Assembly: GCA_021779955.1 (NCBI GenBank)
Contig: JAJXZS010000019.1
Coordinates: forward strand, 8,476-72,475
Direction of reading: 5' to 3'
Length of the DNA stretch: 64,000 bases
Source of the DNA: Chloroflexota bacterium
GTDB taxonomy: Bacteria; Chloroflexota; Anaerolineae; Anaerolineales; Anaerolineaceae
The notes beneath the pieces are model-generated. The model was not told the origin of the DNA, ran no database searches, and was given only the letters and a program-made list of their open reading frames with translations. This document shows, piece by piece, positions 1 through 9,012 of this stretch. Each line of letters starts with the position of its first letter. The stretch's first letter is position 1. The position numbers were made by a program, and so were the translations under genes.

Positions 1-93
1 CAACCAAATGGCAGAGACGAGAAGGCGTTTCGATATAATTGCAAGGACAGCACTGGCCAGAATGCCTATTGCGATCAGCATTTGCCAAACCAT
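1..93 (-). CDS. 5' part of a membrane-protein gene running off the left edge (MVWQMLIAIGILASAVLAIISKRLLVSAIWL...)
   Basis: ATG at 93-91 on the minus strand, preceded by GGAGGA (complement of 101-106). Hydrophobic N-terminus resembles MnhB/MbhD-type (DUF4040) subunits, but 31 aa is too short to assign a family. Confidence 0.45.
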   Translation of the reverse strand, partial: MVWQMLIAIGILASAVLAIISKRLLVSAIWL

Positions 94-272
94 GAATTAT
101 TCCTCCTTGCGCGCTTCGGATTAGAACAGGCAGCAATTGTTTATACAACACTAACGCTTAATTTTCATGTGTCAGTTATCACACGTTAGGTTGTAGACCA
201 TCCCTACCAGTTCACTACAATAAGAATGTTGTGAAAATCGGGTGAATTCTTCAAATTGGTCTCATCTACATC

Positions 273-300
273 TTGAAGAAAATCCGAATGTTATTATAAT
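273..300 (+). promoter_or_regulatory. sigma70-like promoter for the ATP-grasp gene
   Basis: TTGAAG (273-278), 16-nt spacer, TATAAT (295-300), in an AT-rich divergent intergenic region. Confidence 0.5.
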
Positions 301-340
301 CAACATGTTTTGTTAAAACAAACCAGGAGTCTTAAAAATC

Positions 341-1318
341 ATGAAAGTTGCAGTATTGGCAAACCTGAAAGAAGATGCACCCGTATCACCCGACGACCCT
401 CCTGGGCGTTGGGATGATCTGGATGAAAACCTCACCATCGATACGATCCTCGAATCTTTGAGATCGATCGGTTACGAGGCAAAATATTTCCCCGCAGAGC
501 TTAAATCAATACAAGGCCTCCAGGAATTCAACCCGGATATTTGCTTCAACTCAAGCGAAGGGCATTATGGCGAATCGCGCGAAGCCCAAATGCCTGCCAT
601 TTTGGATATCCTGCGCATCCCATACACCTGTGCAGGAGTTCTCGGTATGTCGCTGGCTCACAACAAGCATATCGCCAAGCAGATGTTTCGCTATGCCGGG
701 TTGCCAACAGCCAACTTTTTTGTTCTCCACAATATACAAGAATTGGATCATCGGGAGCTCAAATATCCGCTCTTTGTGAAACCGGCAAGCGAAGGGTCTT
801 CCATCGGCATTAATACAGAAGCGCTGGTGCATAACCAAAAAGAGCTCGAACAACAAGCTTCGTACATACTGAATACAGTGCACAGCCTGGTTCTTGTCGA
901 AGAGTACATTGAGGGGCGCGAATTCACCATAGGCATTCTTGGTGATGAGGTCTTGCCCATCGTCGAAATCGTCAGCCCCACCGGCTTTTATGACCGCGAG
1001 CAGAAGGAAGATGTGGAGAGTGAAGTCTACCGTATCTGCCCTGCCGATCTTCCCCCGGAAAAGACACGCGAATTTCAGGAAATCGCCATGAAAGCGAAGC
1101 AAATCCTGGCGCTTGAAGACGTCTGCCGCATGGACCTGCGGATGGACAAAGACGGAAACGCATATATCCTCGAGGTCAATCCGATCCCATTGATGCACCC
1201 CGACCCCGAGCAGGCATCACTCGTCTACGCATCACACGCGGCCGGTTACACCTATACCGACATTGTTCGCAAGATCGTGGAATCGGCGCTTGCACGCCTT
1301 GATGCGCCTCTCAATTAG
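341..1318 (+). CDS. ATP-grasp ligase of the D-alanine--D-alanine ligase family
   Basis: 325-aa ORF. N-terminal pre-ATP-grasp segment (MKVAVLANL...), central ATP-grasp motifs (PLFVKPASEGSSIGI, LVEEYIEGREFT) and C-terminal ILEVNPIP, typical of short Ddl-like enzymes. Confidence 0.75.
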   Translation: MKVAVLANLKEDAPVSPDDPPGRWDDLDENLTIDTILESLRSIGYEAKYFPAELKSIQGLQEFNPDICFNSSEGHYGESREAQMPAILDILRIPYTCAGVLGMSLAHNKHIAKQMFRYAGLPTANFFVLHNIQELDHRELKYPLFVKPASEGSSIGINTEALVHNQKELEQQASYILNTVHSLVLVEEYIEGREFTIGILGDEVLPIVEIVSPTGFYDREQKEDVESEVYRICPADLPPEKTREFQEIAMKAKQILALEDVCRMDLRMDKDGNAYILEVNPIPLMHPDPEQASLVYASHAAGYTYTDIVRKIVESALARLDAPLN

Positions 1319-1327
1319 CGAGATTTT

Positions 1328-1365
1328 AAACAAAGAGAGCGCTGATTTCAGCGCTCTCTTTGTTT
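1328..1365. terminator. bidirectional intrinsic terminator between convergent genes
   Basis: Perfect 15-bp inverted repeat AAACAAAGAGAGCGC / GCGCTCTCTTTGTTT. A/T runs on both sides. Confidence 0.75.
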
Positions 1366-1385
1366 AAATGGCTAAATGCATTTGC

Positions 1386-3023
1386 TCAATCGGTGAAATT
1401 CCCGAAGAGGTTCTTGAATACCGTGAACTCACCTGTGCGGCCCTTATGATTCGGGTCAGAAGTCTTCCAAATCGCTGAGAAGGAAGCAACAACATCATTT
1501 GCATCGAGATAGGCCGAGTTTGAAAAGCGCACATCATAACGCAGGTGGAAGGTCCATTGAGTGAAGTCGGAATTGGATTCCCACGATTCGGCAAGCAACG
1601 GCTCGAATCCGCCTCCTTCGATCGCTGGGGTCAACAGAGTATCATAAAGAAGCCGGGTGACCTCGAAGGTATCGGCCGAGGTTTCGTCTGCCGGCCAGAA
1701 GCTCGACGGTTCGCTCCCCGAATAAATCAAGAGTTCACCTGTAGGAGAGCTCACATCTTCAAAGTTTTGATACAAGCCGTTGGTGAGCAGGTTTTTGAGC
1801 GAACTCTTGGCAAAAACGACATCGAGCGCATGACTGATCGGAACAACCGGAATCGTATCCTTCATCAGACGGTTGATCGAGTTGAAAGCTGATTGGCGCT
1901 GGTTGGCATCGTCGATGCCGCGCAGGTTATCAATGGCGCTGACGACATCGGGATAGTCTTGCCCCAAAATCCCAATATCGCTCACGAAGGGTTTCTCGAA
2001 GAAGGCCAGACCGTCAGGATAATCGACATTGAACCAATAAAGATAGAGCATTTCGCTTCCGGCAGCGATCGAAGCGCGCAGATCGACCTCAGGCAAGCGC
2101 TTGAGATCAAGAGCAACGCCGATGTCTGCCATCTCTTTTTTGATCTCCTGAGCAATCACGGCCGGTGAATCCACACCTGGCAAGCCGCTATCGGGATAAG
2201 CCAGGCTGAGGTGCTGCGTAAAGTCGAAGCCCGCTTCAGTAAGCAGAGCCCTGGCTGTTGCCGAATCGTTGGTATACCAGGGAATATTCGCGCTAAAACC
2301 CGGGTTGATTGTTGAAGGCACCAACTGGCTTGCAGATTCAGAACCTTCGATAAGGTATGACGACGAAATATACTCGCGGTTGATCAATGTAGCCAGAGCC
2401 TGGCGCACCTTGGGATTATTAAAAGGTTGGACTTTGTTGTTGATACCGATATAAATCGTGTTCAATCCAATTTGAGAGATTTCACTGAGCGATTTGTTAT
2501 CGCGGATAAGCATGATCAACCCTGCCGGAGGTGAAAGCAGCACATCGGCGTTGGCGGCTGTGAAATCGCGATATCGAACGATCGAATCAGGTACCCAGCG
2601 AAATGTGATCTTCTGCGGCTTTGGCGGCACGCCCCAGTAGGATGATGATGGCTCGAGGATGGCTTCGACTCCCGGTGAATACTTCGTCAGGCGATAGGGA
2701 CCTGTTCCATTGACCGAGGACGAAAGATTCTGCGAATCTCCGCCAGTCTGGTCAAGCGCATATTCATCCTGGACCGCAAAAATCGGCGAAGAGATTTTGG
2801 ACAGGAAGGACGTGTCCGTCTTGCAGAGGGTGAACATCACCGTATTGACATCAATGGCTTCGACGCTGCGAATTTCGCCTCCATAGCTGCAATTGGCAGC
2901 AGCCACGGTCTGCGGTACGAAATTTGCTGCGGAGGCTTGCCCAGCTTGAGGTTGGCAGCCGCTCAACAGGATTCCGATAATGAGCACAGTCGAGAACGAA
3001 ACGTGAACGCAGCGAATCTTCAT
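1386..3023 (-). CDS. ABC transporter substrate-binding lipoprotein, family 5 (peptide/nickel type)
   Basis: SBP_bac_5-like sequence over its whole length. Start moved to the internal ATG at 3023, giving MKIRCVHVSFSTVLIIGILLSGC with a lipobox Cys. The longer ORF runs to 3068. Confidence 0.8.
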   Translation of the reverse strand: MKIRCVHVSFSTVLIIGILLSGCQPQAGQASAANFVPQTVAAANCSYGGEIRSVEAIDVNTVMFTLCKTDTSFLSKISSPIFAVQDEYALDQTGGDSQNLSSSVNGTGPYRLTKYSPGVEAILEPSSSYWGVPPKPQKITFRWVPDSIVRYRDFTAANADVLLSPPAGLIMLIRDNKSLSEISQIGLNTIYIGINNKVQPFNNPKVRQALATLINREYISSSYLIEGSESASQLVPSTINPGFSANIPWYTNDSATARALLTEAGFDFTQHLSLAYPDSGLPGVDSPAVIAQEIKKEMADIGVALDLKRLPEVDLRASIAAGSEMLYLYWFNVDYPDGLAFFEKPFVSDIGILGQDYPDVVSAIDNLRGIDDANQRQSAFNSINRLMKDTIPVVPISHALDVVFAKSSLKNLLTNGLYQNFEDVSSPTGELLIYSGSEPSSFWPADETSADTFEVTRLLYDTLLTPAIEGGGFEPLLAESWESNSDFTQWTFHLRYDVRFSNSAYLDANDVVASFSAIWKTSDPNHKGRTGEFTVFKNLFGNFTD

Positions 3024-3167
3024 GATGAGTCTCGCAGTCTGATTTATTAGGTTCGAATGGGGACACACGCATCCAATTAAGGAATTATACGAGAATCAGC
3101 CTGCAATTCCTACAACCTTACTAAACTGTCGAGTGGATTTGACGGTCAAAAAGGTTAAGGTAAAATT

Positions 3168-3716
3168 GTGACCATGTTGCTGAAGCTGAACGAGATCGAT
3201 GTCACTTTAACGGAAGATGTGCGCCTGCATGATGGTAAGCCTTTGGTCAAGAAACTGCTTGCTTTTCTCGCCCACTCGGGGGATTCGTGGTTCGACCTGA
3301 TTGCACTTTTCGTTCTCTGGTTATTTGCGCCCAATCCATGGCACAGCATGGCCACCCTCATGGCGGGTTCGATCATCGTTTTGGCATTGTTCGTGCTTGC
3401 GGTCAAGTTCCTCATCGGCCGCAAACGACCTGAAGGCGAATGGGGAGCCGTCTATCGAAATACCGATCCTCATTCGTTCCCATCGGGGCATGCTGCCCGT
3501 ACTGCGATGCTCACCTTCCTGGCGTTCGCCTTTGGCACTGCCTGGCTGGGAATCGTGCTTGGGGTATGGTGCATCCTGGTCTGCCTGGCGCGAGTGAGTT
3601 TGCGGGTGCATTACATTTCGGATATCTTGGCAGGTATTCTATTGGGTATCTTCGCCGGTTGGCTGGTGACCGCCCTTGCGCCCGTGCTCATGTCTGTATT
3701 CCCGTTTCTATTCTAA
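3168..3716 (+). CDS. PAP2-family phosphatase (membrane)
   Basis: The three PAP2 motifs are present: GRKRPEG, PSGHAART and RVSLRVHYISD. Several TM helices. Confidence 0.8.
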   Translation: MTMLLKLNEIDVTLTEDVRLHDGKPLVKKLLAFLAHSGDSWFDLIALFVLWLFAPNPWHSMATLMAGSIIVLALFVLAVKFLIGRKRPEGEWGAVYRNTDPHSFPSGHAARTAMLTFLAFAFGTAWLGIVLGVWCILVCLARVSLRVHYISDILAGILLGIFAGWLVTALAPVLMSVFPFLF

Positions 3717-3793
3717 AAAGACCGCTTTGATCTCGATCTGATCTACCCAGTTGACCCTTGCAGTTTGGCATTGGCTTGAGTATGCTTACATGT

Positions 3794-3887
3794 GGGAGTG
3801 AATGGATCCCGGTGGGTTCCTCAGTCTTCAAAACTGGTGGCGGGTCGCTATGCGGGCCGCGGTGGGTTCGACTCCCATTCATTCCCG
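3794..3887 (+). tRNA. selC: tRNA-Sec (anticodon UCA)
   Basis: Hand fold. 8-bp acceptor stem (3794-3801 with 3879-3886). 6-bp D stem (3804-3809 with 3814-3819) and 4-nt loop CGGT. Anticodon loop CTTCAAA with UCA at 3828-3830. Variable arm of about 24 nt. 5-bp T stem with loop TTCGACT. Discriminator G3887. The 8/5 architecture and all three loop sequences match E. coli selC as I remember it. CCA is not fully encoded (CCT). Confidence 0.9.
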
Positions 3888-3916
3888 CCTTTCATGGATA
3901 CTGAACTGGAGTGAAA

Positions 3917-5116
3917 ATGGAAAACTTCGAGACTGTAGATTCGATCGGCCAAATTGTCAGGCGGGTTTTTGCGATCGAGGACAGCACTTTAGGCGGCGGC
4001 AAAGAAGGCTATCTCTTCCGTTACCGAGGGCATCTTATCGGACAGGATTCTGCTGCTGCGTACGATCAATTGACCGAATGGCTTGCTCAATATCAACTCA
4101 CACCGCTCTTCCGCATGGAAGATGGCAAGCAGGTGATTTTTATCGTACGCTCAAAACCAGTACCTCCACCTTCGAGACCGGCGGTGAATCTGATTTTGTT
4201 TATTCTTACCCTGCTGAGCGTTATTTGGTCTGGATGGCTATTCTCGAACCAGACTTTTTCATCGAGCGACATCTTTCAAAACATCGTGCAAGTACTACAG
4301 GCGGGTTGGCCGTTTGCAGTCAGCCTGATCGCCATCCTCGGTATTCACGAACTCGGGCACTATTTTGCGGGTAGAGCGCACGGGGTACATGTCACCTTAC
4401 CATTTTTCATCCCGCTGCCATACACCGGCTTCGGTACAATGGGCGCTTTCATCAACATGAAGGACAGCCCAAAGAATAAGAATGCCTTGATGGATATCGG
4501 CGCGGCAGGACCCCTGGCGGGAATGGTGGTGTCGGTGATCGTTATGGCGATCGGGCTATCATTGTCGAAGGTCGAGCCGATCCCGGCAAGCATTCCAGCC
4601 GGCCAGGTATTCCAGATCGAAGGCAACTCGCTGTTGTATCTGATCATGAAGTACCTGCAATTCGGACAGCTCCTGCCGACGCCGGCAAGTTACGGCAATC
4701 TAAACCCCATCCTTTACTGGATTCGCTATTTCTTTACGGGAACACCGTCTCCACTGGGAGGCCTTGATGTGATGATCAGCCCGGTAGCCTGGGCGGGTTG
4801 GGCAGGGTTCCTGGTGACTTCGCTGAACCTGCTTCCGGCTGGGCAATTGGACGGCGGGCATATATTCCACCTGTTGTTCGGAACGAAAACCACGCGAATG
4901 CTCTTCCCGATCATCCTGGTTGCCCTCGTGCTTCTCGGATTCGTATGGAACGGCTGGTGGCTGTGGGCTTTCCTGGTGTTCCTTTTCGGGCGGTTCTACG
5001 CCCAGCCGCTTGACGAGATCACCCCGCTGGATAAGAAGCGGAAGTTGATTGGAGTGATCGCTCTGATCGTATTCATCCTCACGTTTATTCCTGCTCCAAT
5101 CACTTTCCTGTTCTAG
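3917..5116 (+). CDS. site-2 protease family (M50) zinc metalloprotease
   Basis: HELGH zinc motif and NLLPAGQLDGGH motif; multi-TM. ATG at 3917 sits 5 nt after GGAG; the ORF-track start is GTG at 3911. Confidence 0.85.
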   Translation: MENFETVDSIGQIVRRVFAIEDSTLGGGKEGYLFRYRGHLIGQDSAAAYDQLTEWLAQYQLTPLFRMEDGKQVIFIVRSKPVPPPSRPAVNLILFILTLLSVIWSGWLFSNQTFSSSDIFQNIVQVLQAGWPFAVSLIAILGIHELGHYFAGRAHGVHVTLPFFIPLPYTGFGTMGAFINMKDSPKNKNALMDIGAAGPLAGMVVSVIVMAIGLSLSKVEPIPASIPAGQVFQIEGNSLLYLIMKYLQFGQLLPTPASYGNLNPILYWIRYFFTGTPSPLGGLDVMISPVAWAGWAGFLVTSLNLLPAGQLDGGHIFHLLFGTKTTRMLFPIILVALVLLGFVWNGWWLWAFLVFLFGRFYAQPLDEITPLDKKRKLIGVIALIVFILTFIPAPITFLF

Positions 5117-5138
5117 CAAAAATCAAGGATAAGTGTCA

Positions 5139-5180
5139 GAAAATCCGATGGCTTTTCACGCACCGGATTTTCTTGTTATT
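5139..5180 (+). terminator. intrinsic terminator after the M50 protease gene
   Basis: GAAAATCCG / CGGATTTTC 9-bp stem followed by TTGTTATT. Confidence 0.55.
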
Positions 5181-5261
5181 CTGAGGGGAGCAAAGAATTT
5201 TCCACTTTGACGTAAAACGCTCGGGGTCTTGATAGAAGCGTGACACCTTTGAGAGCCACTT

Positions 5262-5290
5262 GAAAATCGTTCACTGCGCTCAGGATACCA
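5262..5290 (+). repeat. REP-like dispersed repeat, copy C
   Basis: GAAAATCGTTCACTGCGCTCAGGATACCA resembles the copies at 17988-18020 and 28118-28150. Confidence 0.5.
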
Positions 5291-5341
5291 ATGAGCGCAA
5301 TGGACGCAGGCAGTAATAATTCGATGAATAAGGGAGAGTTC

Positions 5342-6478
5342 TCACGCCTGTGCGTAAGGCTTGAGCAGCGTCCTGATCTTTACGCCGCCCAGGGTCTGGT
5401 ATTGTCCCAAGGCCTGCACAGCCAGGCACGAATGGGCAGGGATCACCAAAGCCAAATCCCCGACCCTAAGCGGATTCCGCTCCATCGCGGCCAAGGGATA
5501 ATGCAAAATGCCGTGTTCCTGCGAGACGCGGGCGACATAGGCATCCTGCACAGGCTCGCTCCATCCTTCACCTTGAGGGAGAGCCACCAGTCCATAGGTC
5601 ATATCGCCATTCCACGCGATGGTTTCCTTTGACAGATGAACGGCCCCGCCATAGATGACCACTTCTTCGCGTTCCGAATGAACCGCAACCACGGGACAGG
5701 CGACAGCAACAGCGATTTCACGAAACCCGCACACGCCGAGCGAAAGCTGGTGCACATCGTAGAAAACGAAATTGCCCGGGCGGATCTCATTCGCGCCTGC
5801 GAAATCCTCGGCCAGTGTGCAGCCGGGCGTATCGCCTACGGAAATCTCGAGCGGCCCAATGCCTAACGCGTCAAGCTCGCGCTTCAGCGATTGCAGCCGG
5901 GTTAGTGTTTCGGCAAAGAGAGCCAGTATCTCCGCCTTCGAATGCGCTTCGTATGTGTGCCCTGAATGGGTGAGCAGACCGCGCAGGAACATACGGTCTG
6001 GATTGGCCTTGACAGCGCGGCAGATCTCGGCACCAGATTGGAGCTCGCGCCAGTCCAGCCCTGTTCGGTGAGCTCCGATATCAATCTTCAGCCAAACATC
6101 GACTCTTGGGCCTTCGAGTGCTGCCAGAGCGCGAACCGCTTCGATGTTTTCGACCAGCACACCCAGATGGACGCGTTTGGCGAGGGCATCGATCCGTTCG
6201 ATTTGGCGAACGTTCAACGAAAAAGCGATCAGAATATCCTGCCAACCGTTGTCTGCAAAGTACTCGGCCATTTCCACCGACGAGACCGTGATCTGCCCCA
6301 CGCCTTCCCTTTTAAACCATTCACCGATGACAGCCGATTGATGGGTTTTGAAATGAGGGCGAAAACTCAGGCGGAAACGCCGGGCCTTCTCCGCCATCCT
6401 ATGGATATTGGCCCTGGCAACCTGCTCATCGAGTAATAATGTTGGCGCTTCGATGCTGGCAAATGTGAATTTCATCAT
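5342..6478 (-). CDS. PLP-dependent D-serine dehydratase / D-threonine aldolase-like enzyme (alanine racemase N-terminal fold, D-TA family)
   Basis: 378 aa. RPHFKTHQS matches the PLP-lysine motif. Overall layout resembles DSD1/D-TA family proteins. Confidence 0.7.
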   Translation of the reverse strand: MMKFTFASIEAPTLLLDEQVARANIHRMAEKARRFRLSFRPHFKTHQSAVIGEWFKREGVGQITVSSVEMAEYFADNGWQDILIAFSLNVRQIERIDALAKRVHLGVLVENIEAVRALAALEGPRVDVWLKIDIGAHRTGLDWRELQSGAEICRAVKANPDRMFLRGLLTHSGHTYEAHSKAEILALFAETLTRLQSLKRELDALGIGPLEISVGDTPGCTLAEDFAGANEIRPGNFVFYDVHQLSLGVCGFREIAVAVACPVVAVHSEREEVVIYGGAVHLSKETIAWNGDMTYGLVALPQGEGWSEPVQDAYVARVSQEHGILHYPLAAMERNPLRVGDLALVIPAHSCLAVQALGQYQTLGGVKIRTLLKPYAQA

Positions 6479-6484
6479 TTCTGC

Positions 6485-8848
6485 TCAGGGTAACTGGGTG
6501 AATTGAACGTCATTTTGGAAGGCAATGAACATCAACCGTCCGGGCGAAACAGCGAAGGCGGAAGCGGTCAATTTATCCATTGATGCGGAATTGCTGAAAG
6601 AAGGCAGGTAAACCCTCTGCAAGTTCCGCTGGAGGCTGAAGTGATAAACGGTCTTCCCCTTCTGGTCCATAATGTAGATCGATGAATCTGGAGCAGGCGT
6701 CATATGCATCTGAATGAATTGCACTTCGGGGAAGCTAACGGCTTGCGGCGTCTGCCCGGCGCGCATATCTCCGTAGGGAGCAGGATCCTGGCATACAGTA
6801 GGCTTATAGTCCTTGAGGTAGCTGTAAGTGCATTCAACGAGTTCTCCGCTGGAGCGCAGAATATACAGCTCATCGCCGTTGATTTCGATGTCGATGGCAT
6901 TGGTGAGACTGGGAATTTGGGCGTCGAAAAACAGCATCGGTTTGTCGGGGAACTCTACGCCATTGCCTTCATACCTGTATACTGCGTTCATCGCTGAATC
7001 GAGCACATAAAGCGTACTTTGCGACAGCGTGATCGATTGGAGCTTTCCCCAACCCGAATCCGGCGCGTTGAGTGTATTTACCAGGCCTGTATCGCCAGGC
7101 ATACAGTATTCGATATTGCCTGCGCCGTCGACCGCCAGCAACGAGGCATTGAACGAGTTGCCTCCGGGCAGAGCCGTCATGTCGACGATGGCGCCGATCG
7201 GACTGCCAAGCGGACTTTGATTGGGCCCGCAATCGAAAAGCGGATCCTTTTGGAACATCGAGCCGGCGTAGAAATAGCGCAGCACTTTTCCGGTTGTGGA
7301 ATCGAGAAGATAGAGATCTGTTTGCGTTGCGATCATCTGGCTGATATTTGCCCCCGGGTCGAGCGCAACTGCCAGGGCAGGCGAAAGGGTAAGCCGCTGG
7401 ATGCCGTTGAGCGAGTCGAGGCCGGCCTGGGTTTGAGAACGCAGGTCAGTGTAGGTATCAGAAGCGCCATATTTTCCGGCAAGATCAAGCCAGTACATGG
7501 CTTGCTGCAAAGTTGCCAGCCGGGCAGTCGGGTCAGATGTCTGCGCGGCCGCCTGAACGTTGAATTCCTGTGCCTTGGCCAGGTAATTCTCGAATTCCTG
7601 GGCTCGGCCAACCCGATTGTAGAAAGACGCGCCGATGGCAACCACGAGCAAGGGAACGACGATCGAAATGATCAGCATGGCGGGCGTCGAAAGGTGTATG
7701 CCTGACTCGCGAACCCCTGGCAGCATCTGTTGTAATAGTTTAGAGCTCGAAGTCTTCAGCCGGGCAAAGAAACCGTTCAGATGACCGATTGTTCGGGCCG
7801 CGACAATCGCTGCCGGTGACGGACCCGATCTGGGCCTGGGTTGAACCGGCTTCCGATCTGCATCAGGCTCCTCGACGGGAGGTCTAACCACGATCCGCGG
7901 CGACGAGCTTGCTGAAAGATCTACCGCTGGCCGGACCGTTTGCGCAAGCACCGGTTCGGAATGCTGTTCAGCGTTTTGGACAACGGGCGTACCATTTTGA
8001 AGGGGGAACTCGCGAATAGTTGCCGGCGCCTGAGCGATGGATTGTGGAGCCGGTTGTTCAACCATAAGCATTGATTGGACAGGCAATTGATCGGGAACCG
8101 CAGGCGCTTTCACCGTGGGCTGCACGCTCGATTCAGGTTGGGTTGTCTCGCTCTGAGCGAAACGCATATTCAAAGGCAGCGCCTTACCGTTGCCTTCGAC
8201 AAAGCGGAACAATGCAGCTTTCAGCTCGGGGCCAACGCCGTTCGAAAGCCTACGACGCAAGGCTTCGATCGATAGCTCGGCGCTACCCACAAACGACCCG
8301 GATGTCCACGTCAGTGGGGGAGCAGGTGTAAAGATGATGAGGTCATTGGCGTGAATTTCCGCCTGCTGGAATTTGGGGGAGATTGCCTGGCTGATGCCCA
8401 AACCGCGAGTAGGCGGTTCAGATTCCTGGCTGTCTAGCGATTCGGTCCGGGTTATAACAAATGAGCGAATGGCGCCCAGGCCGGTGTAGAAAAGAATTCC
8501 GTGGTGAAGCACTGCAAGACATAGCGAAGCACTGCTTCGTGCGCCTTCCTTGCTGCGATCGAGGTTGCGGGTTAGTAGATCGTTGTTCAGTTTTTCGATC
8601 ACCTGGCGCATACCCGAGGTGACGGTTCCGGGGGTCTTATAGAAAGACTCCACAGTCTTCTTGAGCCATTCCTGCTGTTTTACATCGGATTCGGGCGTGC
8701 TATCCGGAGCATGATAGTATCCAAAGATAAAATCCTGCTCGCGGCCACGGGCCGCTCCTCTGGGCGGGGCGAGCACGATCAGCCCGGGTAATTCTGCTCT
8801 TTGCAGGCCGTTGAAAAGATGGATTGCGGAAAAGAGGATATCGAACAA
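6485..8848 (-). CDS. large membrane protein: N-terminal PP2C/SpoIIE-like region, Pro-rich linker, one TM, extracytoplasmic repeat (beta-propeller-like) domain
   Basis: 787-aa ORF, only 6 nt upstream of the D-TA gene. TM helix AMLIISIVVPLLVVAIGASFY. Domain calls come from sequence impression only. Confidence 0.5.
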   Translation of the reverse strand: MFDILFSAIHLFNGLQRAELPGLIVLAPPRGAARGREQDFIFGYYHAPDSTPESDVKQQEWLKKTVESFYKTPGTVTSGMRQVIEKLNNDLLTRNLDRSKEGARSSASLCLAVLHHGILFYTGLGAIRSFVITRTESLDSQESEPPTRGLGISQAISPKFQQAEIHANDLIIFTPAPPLTWTSGSFVGSAELSIEALRRRLSNGVGPELKAALFRFVEGNGKALPLNMRFAQSETTQPESSVQPTVKAPAVPDQLPVQSMLMVEQPAPQSIAQAPATIREFPLQNGTPVVQNAEQHSEPVLAQTVRPAVDLSASSSPRIVVRPPVEEPDADRKPVQPRPRSGPSPAAIVAARTIGHLNGFFARLKTSSSKLLQQMLPGVRESGIHLSTPAMLIISIVVPLLVVAIGASFYNRVGRAQEFENYLAKAQEFNVQAAAQTSDPTARLATLQQAMYWLDLAGKYGASDTYTDLRSQTQAGLDSLNGIQRLTLSPALAVALDPGANISQMIATQTDLYLLDSTTGKVLRYFYAGSMFQKDPLFDCGPNQSPLGSPIGAIVDMTALPGGNSFNASLLAVDGAGNIEYCMPGDTGLVNTLNAPDSGWGKLQSITLSQSTLYVLDSAMNAVYRYEGNGVEFPDKPMLFFDAQIPSLTNAIDIEINGDELYILRSSGELVECTYSYLKDYKPTVCQDPAPYGDMRAGQTPQAVSFPEVQFIQMHMTPAPDSSIYIMDQKGKTVYHFSLQRNLQRVYLPSFSNSASMDKLTASAFAVSPGRLMFIAFQNDVQFTQLP

Positions 8849-9012
8849 GGGATTTTCCTTTGAACGGAAGGATCATAAGTGATTATACAACGGAAGCTAT
8901 TTGGGCATGGAATGCGAGGTGCATGTTTAAAATCAAACTCATGATTCAATGTATACCGCAAATCCCATTCACTGCTTTTTAATCTATAATTGTCTTAACT
9001 TCGCTTGTAAAG

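Noticed and set aside
3802-4374. 190-aa ORF on the plus strand
   Set aside because: It starts inside tRNA-Sec and then runs out of frame through the M50 protease gene, which has clear family motifs. Its composition is Arg/Cys-rich, typical of an off-frame read.
7019-7705. Long antisense or off-frame ORFs inside high-GC genes (also 551..1198, 19513..20526, 24565..25095, 36554..37381, 41379..42215, 43147..43686, 43683..44234, 56480..57160, 57374..58192)
   Set aside because: Each overlaps a gene with strong family signatures on the other strand or frame. Their Arg/Gly/Pro/His-rich composition is typical of shadow ORFs in GC-rich DNA.
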